From Gammaproteobacteria bacterium (lineage in GTDB: Bacteria > Pseudomonadota > Gammaproteobacteria > JACCYU01), in NCBI GenBank assembly GCA_013696315.1, contig JACCYU010000092.1, forward strand, positions 1 to 60,761: 60,761 nt of DNA, given 5' to 3'. The notes beneath the pieces were generated by a model. The model made no database searches. It was not told the origin of the DNA and saw nothing but the letters and a program-made list of their open reading frames with translations. The position numbers and the translations under genes were made by a program. Below, in pieces: positions 20,131 to 28,991 of this stretch. Within the stretch, counting starts at the first letter, position 1. Each line of letters opens with the position of its first letter.

Positions 20131-20696
20131 ACCTCGTACACGCCTCGATCTTCTTGCACCGTAATCGGGACTGCCAGGTAGTTCCATCCATCCCGCGCGT
20201 CCAGCAAACGATAGTTGCTGTTCTCGTACTCACCAGGGAAGAACACAACCACACGACCTCTGATATCCCGCTCGATCTCCTTCATTAACTCCGATACGCG
20301 GACGAACCCGAACAGAGAAGCGATACCATAGACCCCCACAACCGAGTTATCGTCAATGCCGGACGCCGTGAGTGCGGCACGCATCTGCCCGGCGACGTAT
20401 TCAAGAAAGGCATCGTCGAGCTTTAACTCAAGATCTTCCGGGCACTCGAAGTAACTGTCTCGGTACTCCGTATTGGCCATCCACTCCGCAAATGCCCGAG
20501 TCAGATCACACTCGCTCCAACCATGCCCTGCCTCCGCGGTCGCCAGCGCGAACAGATCTTTCCGCGCCCGCAGCCGCCGCTCGTCGGCTTTGTCGTAAAC
20601 GATGAAAATGGCACGCTGCGCGCCCGCCAGGTCCTTTTGCCACGGAAGCGCAATGTAGCTCTTGTAGCGGTCAGCCAACCTGTCGATGCGCCCCAT
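20127..20696 (-). CDS. brxB: BREX protein BrxB (DUF1788)
   Basis: 189 aa: RIDRLADRYKSYIALPWQKDLAGAQRAIFIVYDKADERRLRARKDLF is typical of BrxB. Positioned between brxA and brxC. Confidence 0.85.
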   Translation of the reverse strand: MGRIDRLADRYKSYIALPWQKDLAGAQRAIFIVYDKADERRLRARKDLFALATAEAGHGWSECDLTRAFAEWMANTEYRDSYFECPEDLELKLDDAFLEYVAGQMRAALTASGIDDNSVVGVYGIASLFGFVRVSELMKEIERDIRGRVVVFFPGEYENSNYRLLDARDGWNYLAVPITVQEDRGVYEV

Positions 20697-21510
20697 GGAT
20701 CAACTCCCGCTCCTTCTCGGTGAACATGGTCGGAAACGACACGTCAATGACCGAGCCAGATTGCTTGAAATGGAGCAGTCCAAGCCGCCTGGCATCAACC
20801 GCAACATCAATGAGCTCTTCGGGGCTGGCATCCAACATGGCAGCCCAGGGCGTCTCGAATAGCGAGCGCCCACGCCGCCCCATGGCAAAACCCAGCAACA
20901 ACGCATACGCACTTGCCGCGGGCGTTGCCTCGACGCGCTGTCTGGTCTTACGCCCGCGTCCAAGCAGATGCCCGGACTGGGTCCAAGACGACGAGGCATT
21001 GCGCACTACTTTATCCAGCGTCGCATCGTTGAGGCGATCGCCAATAGCATCGGAAAGCGCATCCTTCATCGATTGCCGTGCGAACTCGTGCCCAAACGGA
21101 GTGCCGATTATGGCCCTTGTGGTTGCTCTTAGCAGCGGGTCGCGCGCGAGAGCGAGCAGGAGCGCAAGGAGTGGGCGACTGGTTTCGTGCCTGCCCCAGA
21201 GGTCCCTCAGAACGCGGAAAAGCATGATCCGAGCATCAAGCCCATAGAGCTCAGTCAGCCTTTGGAGGGAGAGCTTGCGGGTTGCCGCTGTCCTCTTGCC
21301 CAGACAATTGTCCTCCACAACCGCATGCGCGTAGTCTTCACGGGAGGCTTCGCCGGGAGCCGCTTCCAGCAGACGCGACAGCTCGTCAAGCATGATCGTC
21401 CGACTGGTGTGAGTGCCGCGGCCACCAGAACGGAATCCCCAAAGCAAGGCGCGGTTCGGCGGGAGACCGGCTATCCCGGTTTCGAAATTCGGATCGTATA
21501 TTGCGCCCAC
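20671..21510 (-). CDS. brxA: BREX protein BrxA (DUF1819)
   Basis: 279-aa ORF, first gene of the operon, overlapping the brxB start. Helical and Leu/Ala/Arg-rich, consistent with DUF1819. The start codon is uncertain because the ORF is longer than the ~200 aa I recall as typical. Confidence 0.75.
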   Translation of the reverse strand: MGAIYDPNFETGIAGLPPNRALLWGFRSGGRGTHTSRTIMLDELSRLLEAAPGEASREDYAHAVVEDNCLGKRTAATRKLSLQRLTELYGLDARIMLFRVLRDLWGRHETSRPLLALLLALARDPLLRATTRAIIGTPFGHEFARQSMKDALSDAIGDRLNDATLDKVVRNASSSWTQSGHLLGRGRKTRQRVEATPAASAYALLLGFAMGRRGRSLFETPWAAMLDASPEELIDVAVDARRLGLLHFKQSGSVIDVSFPTMFTEKERELIHGAHRQVG

Positions 21511-21877
21511 GATCGAACACTATAGACCAATAAGAAACGTTATCAGTATTCGCCGGCAAACTAGCCGGCGGAAGACAAGAGTAACAATTGTACACATCAA
21601 CAGCTGGATTGCGGGAGAAGTGCCGGTGTATTTATGACGATTTCGCCCGCACGTACGCCCAAGCAGCATGGCATCGGCAGAGTAACTAGTCATTGCCTCA
21701 GCCCAACGGTCTCCCGATTCTCAAACAATCGCGAGCGACACAATTCAGCATACGAACAAGGCAGCATGCGCGGGGCGTCATAGCTCGCCGAGATACGAAA
21801 ATACCTCGACGCTTTGCTCTGCTCTAATGTCTATGACAGCTTGATCGGCTGACGCTTTGTGAGTATTGATCGGCGCC

Positions 21878-21890
21878 TGAATCCGATTCA
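21878..21890. promoter_or_regulatory. candidate TetR operator palindrome TGAATC-c-GATTCA
   Basis: Perfect 6+1+6 inverted repeat 21 nt upstream of the tetR-like ATG (21911), in the brxA/tetR divergent intergenic region. Confidence 0.25.
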
Positions 21891-21910
21891 TACTCCGCGC
21901 CTTCTTCACT

Positions 21911-22669
21911 ATGCGAATGCTGATGGGCACCCGGGAACGTCGCCAGCGCGAGATCGCCGAGCGTGAACAGCGCTTTCTCGATTGCGCGCGCGCTTTGATG
22001 CTGCAGGATGGTCTGCTCGGCCTGCAGATGGCGCGGGTGGCCGAGGCCTGCGATTACGCGACCGGCACGCTCTATCAGCATTTCGAATCCAAGGAAGACC
22101 TGCTGGTCGCGCTGGCCTGAGACAAGGCCGCCATCCGTGCCGAACTGTTCGAACGCGCGGCGCGCTGGCAGGCGCCGTCACGCGAACGTATTTTCGCGGT
22201 CGCGGTCGGCGACATGATTTTCGCGCGCCGCTATCCGGATTACTTTCGGCTGGCGCAGTATGTTGTTACCGAAGTGGTGTGGCGCGCGTCCTCGGCCCGG
22301 CGGCGCACGCAGGCACTGGCGGCCAGCAAACTCATCAGCGCCGCCGTGTTCGACATTTATCGGGATGCGATGGCGTCGGGCGATCTGCCGGCGCGCGGGC
22401 TCACTGTTCCCGAATTGATGGTGGGCCCGTGGACGCTCTGTCTTGGCATGCATACGCTGGTGCACGCCGAAGGCATGTTGCAGCAATACGAGGTGCGCGA
22501 TCCGTACCGCCTGCTGATGCGCAATGTTCATCACTTACTGAACGGCTATGGCTGGCGGCCGCTGTTCGACCCCGAAGATGACGCCACCCTGGATGCCTTC
22601 ATCGCCCGTGTCTGCGAAGAAGTGTTTCATGACAGCTGCGTGATGCGCGACGATGCGCCCGCGCATTGA
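21911..22669 (+). pseudogene. TetR/AcrR-family regulator interrupted by an in-frame TGA
   Basis: Track ORFs 21911..22120 and 22214..22669 are in the same frame. My translation across the gap reads ...ATGTLYQHFESKEDLLVALA*DKAAIRAELFERAARWQAPSRERIFAVAVGDMIFARRYPDYF... The N-terminal HTH is typical of TetR. The single stop is at 22118..22120. Confidence 0.8.
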
Positions 22670-22703
22670 TCAGCCACCCGCCCCTTCACTTCGCGTACCT
22701 GTC

Positions 22704-23891
22704 ATGACTTACCGCTCCATTCTGCTGCCCGTCGGGGCGCTGCTGGTGTTCGGCGGGCTGATGTTCGTCAAGTGGTATGGCGACAAGCAGATGAACGCCA
22801 TGTTCGACAACATGCCGGAACCCCCGGTGACCATTTCGTCCGCGCAGGTACAACAGGGGCGCTGGCCGCGGGAGGTTGAAACGGTGGGCACCTTCGCTGC
22901 GGTCAACGGGGCCCAGCTCGCCACCGAAGCCAGCGGTATCGTCGATGATATCAGCTTCAAAAATGGCTCCGCTGTCAAGGCCGGCGAGATTATTCTGCGC
23001 CTGAATACCGACATCGAGGTGGCTGAACTCAACGCGCTAGAGGCCGCCGCCCGCCTGGCCGAAATCGAACTGGAACGGGTTCGCAGTCTCTATGAATCGA
23101 ACAATGTCTCCAGGGCCGAGGTCGATATCCGCCAGACCCAGGCCGACCAGGCGCGCGCCAACCTCGATGCGCAGCGCGCGCGGGTTGAGCAGAAGACGAT
23201 AGTGGCGCCAGTCTCCGGGGTGCTGGGCATCCGGCAGGTGAATCTCGGACAGTACGTCGAGGCCGGCAGCGCGATCGTTACATTGCAATCACTGGATCCG
23301 ATTTTTCTCAACTTCATGCTACCGGAGCAGCGGCTGACCGACATCTCCGCCGGGCAGCTGGTGACCGCGCATGGAAGTGCTTTCGCGGACGAGCCATTTC
23401 ACGGCGTCGTCACCGCGATCGAGCCGCGGGTGGAGCAGAGCACGCGCAATTTCATGATTCAGGCGACCATTGATAATCCGGATGGCCATTTGCGCCCCGG
23501 CATGTTCGCGCGGGTAGAGCTGGCGTTCGGAGCGCCACAGGAGGTGCTCACCGTGCCGCAAACGGCCATTAACTTTAACCCTTATGGCAATTCCGTTTAT
23601 GTCATTCGTGAAGCTCGCGTGCCCGCGCAATCGCCACCGCCGGGCAATAGAGAACCTGCGCCCGCTGGCAGCGCGCAGGCGACCGAGCAACCACCGCGGC
23701 TTACCGTGGTGCAGCGCTTCATACGCACCGGCGCGCGGCGTGGCGACCTGATTTCGGTCACGGACGGCCTGCGGGCCGGCGAAAGAGTAGCGACCAGCGG
23801 GCTACTGAAGCTGCGCAACGAGGCAGTCGTTAATATCAACAACAAGATCAGGCCCGAAGCGGATGTTTCGCCTACTCCGCCGAATAGCTGA
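22704..23891 (+). CDS. RND efflux periplasmic adaptor (membrane fusion protein)
   Basis: Track ORF 22653..23891. ATG 22704 is preferred, giving MTYRSILLPVGALLVFGGLMF as the TM anchor. Also has a coiled-coil hairpin and the beta-barrel motif IVAPVSGVLGIRQVNLGQYV. Confidence 0.85.
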   Translation: MTYRSILLPVGALLVFGGLMFVKWYGDKQMNAMFDNMPEPPVTISSAQVQQGRWPREVETVGTFAAVNGAQLATEASGIVDDISFKNGSAVKAGEIILRLNTDIEVAELNALEAAARLAEIELERVRSLYESNNVSRAEVDIRQTQADQARANLDAQRARVEQKTIVAPVSGVLGIRQVNLGQYVEAGSAIVTLQSLDPIFLNFMLPEQRLTDISAGQLVTAHGSAFADEPFHGVVTAIEPRVEQSTRNFMIQATIDNPDGHLRPGMFARVELAFGAPQEVLTVPQTAINFNPYGNSVYVIREARVPAQSPPPGNREPAPAGSAQATEQPPRLTVVQRFIRTGARRGDLISVTDGLRAGERVATSGLLKLRNEAVVNINNKIRPEADVSPTPPNS

Positions 23892-23978
23892 CGATCCAAC
23901 CTGTCGTAAGCAGCGCTCGCGCGCCATGACAGGCCTGGAGCGGGACATTTCTCTCCCGCGAATCAGCTAACCCCGGCC

Positions 23979-26900
23979 ATGTCCTTCACCGACATCTTCA
24001 TCCGCAGACCCGTGCTCGCCATGGTCGTGAACCTGTTCATTTTTCTGCTGGGATTGCGCGCCGCACAGGAACTCAACGTCCGCCAGTACCCCGAGCTGCA
24101 AAACGCGGTAATTACCGTCAACACCACTTACGTTGGCGCGGACGCCGACCTGGTGCAGGGTTTCATTACCACGCCCATGGAGCGTGAGGTCGCGTCCGCC
24201 GACGGCATCGATTACATCGTTTCCACCAGCCTGCCCAGCATCAGTTCCATTCAGGCTTATGTACGCCTGGGCGCCGATCCCAACGAGGTGCTGACGCAGA
24301 TCGTTGCCAAAGTGCAGGTCGTGCGCCGCGACCTGCCGGAAGAATCCGAGGATCCGGTGGTGGATCTCGCCATCGGCGATACTACCGCGGCCATGTATCT
24401 GTCGTTCTTCAGCGAGGTGCTGGACAACAACCAGATCACGGATTATCTGGTGCGGGTGGTCGAGCCGAAGCTCGCGACCATCCCCGGCGTGCAGCGCGCG
24501 AGGATTCTGGGCGACCGCACCTTCGCCATGCGCGTCTGGCTGAAGCCCGACCGCATGACCGCCATGAATATCACCGCCAGCGACGTGTACGCGGCGCTGC
24601 GCGCCAACAACGTGCTGTCGGCGGTGGGCTCCACCAAAGGCTCGATGGTGGTGGTTGACCTGACCGCGCGTACCGATCTGCGCACACCGGAGGAATTCCG
24701 CAACCTGGCGGTGCGCGCGGAGAACGGCGCCATCGTGCGTCTGTCGGATATCGCCAATGTTGACCTGGGCTCGGAGAGCTATCAGACCAGCGTCAGCTTC
24801 AACGGAGAATCGGCGACCTTCATGGGCATCGAGGTAGCGCCCGACGCGAATTCGCTGGACGTGATTCAGGCCGTGCGCCAGGTCTGGGACAACGAAATCG
24901 TGCCCCAACTGCCACAGGGACTGGGAGCTTCCATCCCGTATGACAGCACGGAATACATTCAGGACGCCATCGAAGAGGTGATCAAGACCCTAGCCGAGGC
25001 GGTGCTGATTGTCGTGGTGGTGATTTTTCTGTTTCTGGGGTCGCTGCGCAGTGTGATCATCCCGGCCGTGACCGTGCCGCTGTCCATGGTCGGCGCGCTG
25101 TTCCTGATGCTGCTGATGGGTTTCACCATCAATCTACTGACTCTGCTGGCGATGGTGCTGGCGGTAGGCATCGTGGTGGACGACGCCATCATCGTGCTGG
25201 AGAACATCCACCGGCACATCGAAGAAGGCATGAGCCCGGCCGATGCCGCGCTGACCGGCGCGCGCGAACTGGCGTGGCCGGTGGTGGCGATGACCACCAC
25301 CCTGATTGCGGTGTATTTGCCGATCGGGTTTATCGGCGGCTTGACCGGCACGTTGTTCGTGGAGTTCGCGTTCACTCTGGCCGGGGCGGTGCTGCTTTCC
25401 GGCGTGATCGCGCTGACCTTGTCGCCGATGATGTGCGCCAGACTCCTTAAACCGCATGCCGATGGTCAGGCGGCGACGGGCAGCGACAAACTGGCTGCAT
25501 GGCTGGACCGGCAGTTCGAAAAACTGCGCCTGGCGTACCAGCGCAGCCTGCACCGCTCGATGGGCGACCGCTGGGGCATCCTCGTGTTCGGCGCGATCGT
25601 GTTCGTGTCATGTTATTTCCTGTTCGTATCGACGCAATCGGAGCTCGCGCCCGAGGAAGATCAAGGCTTTATCCTCACTTTCTCGGAAAGCGATCCCTAT
25701 TCGACAATCGAGTATCTGGAAAGCTATACGCGCGAACTGGACACGATCGCCGAAGATCTGCCCGAAATGGAAAACCTGTTTCTGCTGAACGGCGTGGGCG
25801 GCGGCGGTGCGGCGGTATCGACCAACACGGCGATCGCCGGCTTCGTGCTCAAGCCCTGGACCGAGCGGCAACGCTCCAGCCAGGAAGTGCTTAACGAGGT
25901 GATCAATCCGCGCATCGGTAAGATCGCCGGCCTGCAGGTTGCCGCGTTCGTTCCCCCAGCGTTGCCTACTGGTGGCGGCGGGGGGTTCCCCGTGGAGTTC
26001 GTCATCGGCGGCACCGCGCCGGTGGAGAGCCTGAACGAGGTCGCCGGTGCGGTAATGGGCGCCGCGCAGAACAGCAAGAAGTTTATCTTTCTCAACAGCG
26101 ATCTCAAGATCAACAAGCCACGCACCGATGTGTTGATCGATCGTGACAAGGCGGCGCTGCTCGGCATCGACATGCAAGACTTAAGCGCCGACATGGCGGC
26201 CATGCTGTCCGGTGGATTCGCCAACCGCTTCTCGCTGGAGAATCGATCGTACGAGGTTATCCCGCAGGTGCAGAGGGTAGACCGCCTCAACGCGGGGCAG
26301 CTCGAACAATATTACACGCGCACCGGCAGCGGCGAGCTGGTGCCGTTATCGACGGTGGTATCGCTCAAGGATTCGGTGGAACCTCAGCAGCTCAAGCGTT
26401 TTCAGCAGTTGAACAGCGTGACGATCTCCGGCCTCCCGCGACCGGGCGTGTCGCTGGGTGAGGCCTTGAGCGTGCTGGAACAGGCGGCCGCCGATAACCT
26501 GCCGCCCGGTTTCACCGTGGATTACTCGGGTCAGTCGCGACAGTTCAAGACCGAGGGCGCGGCGCTGATGCTGACGTTTTTCTTTGCGCTGATCGTGATC
26601 TACCTGGTGCTGGCGGCGCAGTTCGAGTCGCTTCGCGATCCGATTATCATGCTGGTCACGGTGCCTATGTCCATCAGCGGCGCGCTGCTGGCGCTGAATG
26701 TGGTCGGTATTCTGAATGGCATGCAGATCACCAACTTTCCCGGCGTGAGCCTGAACATTTACACGCAGGTGGGCCTGGTAACCCTGATCGGCGTGATCTC
26801 CAAACACGGGATCCTGATCGTCGAATTCGCCAATCGATTGCAGCGCGAGGGCCGGTCGAAACAGGCGGCGATCGAGGAGGCGTCTTCCATACGCCTGCGG

Positions 26901-27128
26901 CCGGTGCTGATGACCACTGCCTCGCTGGTGCTGGCCATGGCGCCCCTATTGATCGCCTCAGGTCCGGGCGCCGCTTCGCGATTCTCAATGGGCTTCGTGA
27001 TCGCCAGCGGCATGACCATCGGCACCTTGTTCACGCTGTTCGTGGTGCCGGCGGTTTATGTATCGCTCGCGAAAGATCACTCGCGCGAGCAGGCCGCGGG
27101 CCTCGGTGCGCCGGCAGTGAGTCATTGA
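23979..27128 (+). CDS. RND efflux transporter permease (AcrB/MdtB-like)
   Basis: 1049 aa: MSFTDIFIRRPVLAMVVNLFIFLLG and VGIVVDDAIIVLENIHRHIEEG, with the typical 12-TM two-loop organisation. Confidence 0.95.
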   Translation: MSFTDIFIRRPVLAMVVNLFIFLLGLRAAQELNVRQYPELQNAVITVNTTYVGADADLVQGFITTPMEREVASADGIDYIVSTSLPSISSIQAYVRLGADPNEVLTQIVAKVQVVRRDLPEESEDPVVDLAIGDTTAAMYLSFFSEVLDNNQITDYLVRVVEPKLATIPGVQRARILGDRTFAMRVWLKPDRMTAMNITASDVYAALRANNVLSAVGSTKGSMVVVDLTARTDLRTPEEFRNLAVRAENGAIVRLSDIANVDLGSESYQTSVSFNGESATFMGIEVAPDANSLDVIQAVRQVWDNEIVPQLPQGLGASIPYDSTEYIQDAIEEVIKTLAEAVLIVVVVIFLFLGSLRSVIIPAVTVPLSMVGALFLMLLMGFTINLLTLLAMVLAVGIVVDDAIIVLENIHRHIEEGMSPADAALTGARELAWPVVAMTTTLIAVYLPIGFIGGLTGTLFVEFAFTLAGAVLLSGVIALTLSPMMCARLLKPHADGQAATGSDKLAAWLDRQFEKLRLAYQRSLHRSMGDRWGILVFGAIVFVSCYFLFVSTQSELAPEEDQGFILTFSESDPYSTIEYLESYTRELDTIAEDLPEMENLFLLNGVGGGGAAVSTNTAIAGFVLKPWTERQRSSQEVLNEVINPRIGKIAGLQVAAFVPPALPTGGGGGFPVEFVIGGTAPVESLNEVAGAVMGAAQNSKKFIFLNSDLKINKPRTDVLIDRDKAALLGIDMQDLSADMAAMLSGGFANRFSLENRSYEVIPQVQRVDRLNAGQLEQYYTRTGSGELVPLSTVVSLKDSVEPQQLKRFQQLNSVTISGLPRPGVSLGEALSVLEQAAADNLPPGFTVDYSGQSRQFKTEGAALMLTFFFALIVIYLVLAAQFESLRDPIIMLVTVPMSISGALLALNVVGILNGMQITNFPGVSLNIYTQVGLVTLIGVISKHGILIVEFANRLQREGRSKQAAIEEASSIRLRPVLMTTASLVLAMAPLLIASGPGAASRFSMGFVIASGMTIGTLFTLFVVPAVYVSLAKDHSREQAAGLGAPAVSH

Positions 27129-27214
27129 ATTCTCAAAAAAGCAACCGGGCTGGCTGCCGAAACGTCAAACGTCCGCGGCGCTGGCTGGGTAGCAAGGAGG
27201 AGTTACCGCGACTG

Positions 27215-27406
27215 CTACTTCGTCAAAATCAGTTTTCCGTTGCGCGTGATGCGTAAAATATAGTCTTCGCCCGCATGGCTGATCGTCACGCGGCCATGAT
27301 TTCCTACCAGTTCCAGTACATCGACTCTCCCGCGCGACGTTGCGTCGGAGCCAGCGCGATTACTCTCCGATTTGAGTCTGGACGGCGCTTTGCTGACGTC
27401 TTGCAT
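27215..27406 (-). CDS. hemP: hemin uptake protein HemP/HmuP (63 aa)
   Basis: The C-terminal part of track ORF 27215..27673 from ATG 27406 reads ...GRVTISHAGEDYILRITRNGKLILTK, matching the HemP signature (xIxHxGxxYxLRxTxxGKLILTK). The upstream 89 codons of the track ORF look non-coding. Confidence 0.8.
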   Translation of the reverse strand: MQDVSKAPSRLKSESNRAGSDATSRGRVDVLELVGNHGRVTISHAGEDYILRITRNGKLILTK

Positions 27407-27430
27407 CGATTGATCTCCCGTGTGCGTAAT

Positions 27431-27449
27431 ATTAATGATAATAGTTATT
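27431..27449. promoter_or_regulatory. Fur box upstream of hemP
   Basis: attaatgataatagttatt matches the GATAATGATAATCATTATC consensus at 14 of 19 positions by hand alignment. It lies 25-43 nt upstream of the hemP ATG, in an AT-rich island. Confidence 0.55.
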
Positions 27450-27501
27450 ATTAGTAATGCAAGCGGTCCGGGCAAAAAAATTCTGTGGCCGCAAAAACGA
27501 C

Positions 27502-28872
27502 TCAGCTGGTCGCTTGGTTGATACCTGCCTCCGCGACGGCTGCCATTGCCTGAATTTCTTCTGGCGCGATGACATACGGCGGCATGAAATACACCACGTT
27601 GCCCAAAGGCCTCAGCAGAAATCCGTGGCAAAGCGCGTAGCGATAGACCCCGAGTCCGCGCCTTTCCTGCCACGGGTAGCTCAGTCCGCTCTCTTTGTCT
27701 TGCACCATTTCCGCCGCTGCGATCATGCCGGTCTGGCGCACCTCGCCCACATGCGGATGATCCCTTAATGGCTCGACCGCCTTTGCCATCGTCGCGATCA
27801 GCGCCCGATTGCCAGCGATGATATCGTCATCGCTGAATATCTTCAGCGTCGCCAGCGCCGCGGCGCACGCGAGCGGATTGCCGGTGTACGAGTGCGAGTG
27901 CAGAAATGCGCGCAGACTCGCATAGTCGTCATAGAAAGCGTCATACACATCATCGATGGTTAACACGGCCGACAAGGGCAGATAGCCGCCGGTCAGACCC
28001 TTGGACAAACACAGGAAATCGGGGCTGATGTCGGCCAGTTCGCACGCGAACATCGTACCCGTGCGCCCGAAGCCGACCGCAATTTCGTCGGCGATCAGAT
28101 GCACCTGGTGGCGGTCGCAAGCGTCGCGCAGCAAGCTCAGATAAACGGGATCGTACATGCGCATCCCGCCCGCGCATTGCACCAGCGGCTCGACGATAAC
28201 CGCGCAGACCTCGTGCGCGTGCCGCTCCAGCGCGGCTTCCATGTGCGCGAACATGCGACGCGTGTACGCCGCGCAAACTTCGCCCGGATCCCGCCGGGAG
28301 CAATCCGGGCTGGGCACGGTGATGACATCCAGCAACAGCGGCGCGTATGTCTCCTTGTAAAGCGCCATGTCGCTGACCGATAACGCGCCCAGGGTCTCGC
28401 CGTGGTAACTGCCGGAGAGATTGATAAAGCGCGTTTTCTGAAGCCGACCGCAGTTGCGCCAGTAGTGAAAACTCATCTTCAGGGCGATCTCGACCGCGGC
28501 TGATCCGCTGTCGGCATAGAAACAGCGGGACAGACCTGGCGGCGCAATCTCGATCAGACGCTCGGACAGCTCGATCACCGGCTCATGCGTAAACCCTGCG
28601 AGAATAACGTGTTCCAGCGTAGCGGCCTGTTCCCGCATAGCCGCGTTGATCCGCGGATTGGCGTGGCCAAACAGATTCACCCACCATGAGCTTATCGCGT
28701 CCAGATAGCGGTTGCCGTCGAAATCCTCCAGCCACACCCCCTGCCCGCGCCGGATCGGAATCATTGGCAGTAGCTCGTGATCCTTCATCTGCGTGCAGGG
28801 GTGCCACACAGCGCGCAGGTCGCGCTCGCGCAAAGCCGCATTGGTTTTTTCGCGTGTCATACGGCACATCAT
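27502..28872 (-). CDS. bioA: adenosylmethionine-8-amino-7-oxononanoate aminotransferase
   Basis: 456 aa: DLRAVWHPCTQMKDHE...YLDAISSWWVNLFGHANP and DEIAVGFGRTGTMFA match the BioA pattern. The true start may be ATG 28860. Confidence 0.9.
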   Translation of the reverse strand: MMCRMTREKTNAALRERDLRAVWHPCTQMKDHELLPMIPIRRGQGVWLEDFDGNRYLDAISSWWVNLFGHANPRINAAMREQAATLEHVILAGFTHEPVIELSERLIEIAPPGLSRCFYADSGSAAVEIALKMSFHYWRNCGRLQKTRFINLSGSYHGETLGALSVSDMALYKETYAPLLLDVITVPSPDCSRRDPGEVCAAYTRRMFAHMEAALERHAHEVCAVIVEPLVQCAGGMRMYDPVYLSLLRDACDRHQVHLIADEIAVGFGRTGTMFACELADISPDFLCLSKGLTGGYLPLSAVLTIDDVYDAFYDDYASLRAFLHSHSYTGNPLACAAALATLKIFSDDDIIAGNRALIATMAKAVEPLRDHPHVGEVRQTGMIAAAEMVQDKESGLSYPWQERRGLGVYRYALCHGFLLRPLGNVVYFMPPYVIAPEEIQAMAAVAEAGINQATS

Positions 28873-28991
28873 ATCGAACGCACCGTGGAAATTGACCCCT
28901 CATACGATAAAGCGTGAGTGCAACATTTCGTGGTGCGAGGCGACGTGGTCACGTAGGCTAAGGCGATGAACTCAGCATCACAGGCAGACTC

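Noticed and set aside
21841-21874. 9-bp direct repeat ttgatcggc (21841..21849 and 21866..21874) upstream of the TetR gene.
   Set aside because: It is too short to distinguish from chance in 400 bp. The 13-bp palindrome at 21878..21890 is a better, though still weak, operator candidate.
21511-21910. Possible small ORF (49 codons from ATG 21635) or a missing brxR-type regulator upstream of brxA.
   Set aside because: There is no RBS, no recognisable domain, and a stop-rich context. It is best treated as a promoter-containing intergenic region.
22118-22120. TGA in the TetR gene as selenocysteine or programmed read-through.
   Set aside because: I see no SECIS-like stem-loop immediately downstream. 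TetR regulators are not known selenoproteins, and the position is an ordinary helix residue. A nonsense mutation or a base-call error is far more likely.
27407-27673. N-terminal 89 codons of the 152-aa ORF containing hemP.
   Set aside because: The extension runs through the AT-rich Fur-box spacer and into the 3' end of bioA. Its sequence is Arg/Gly-rich nonsense, and HemP proteins are ~60 aa.
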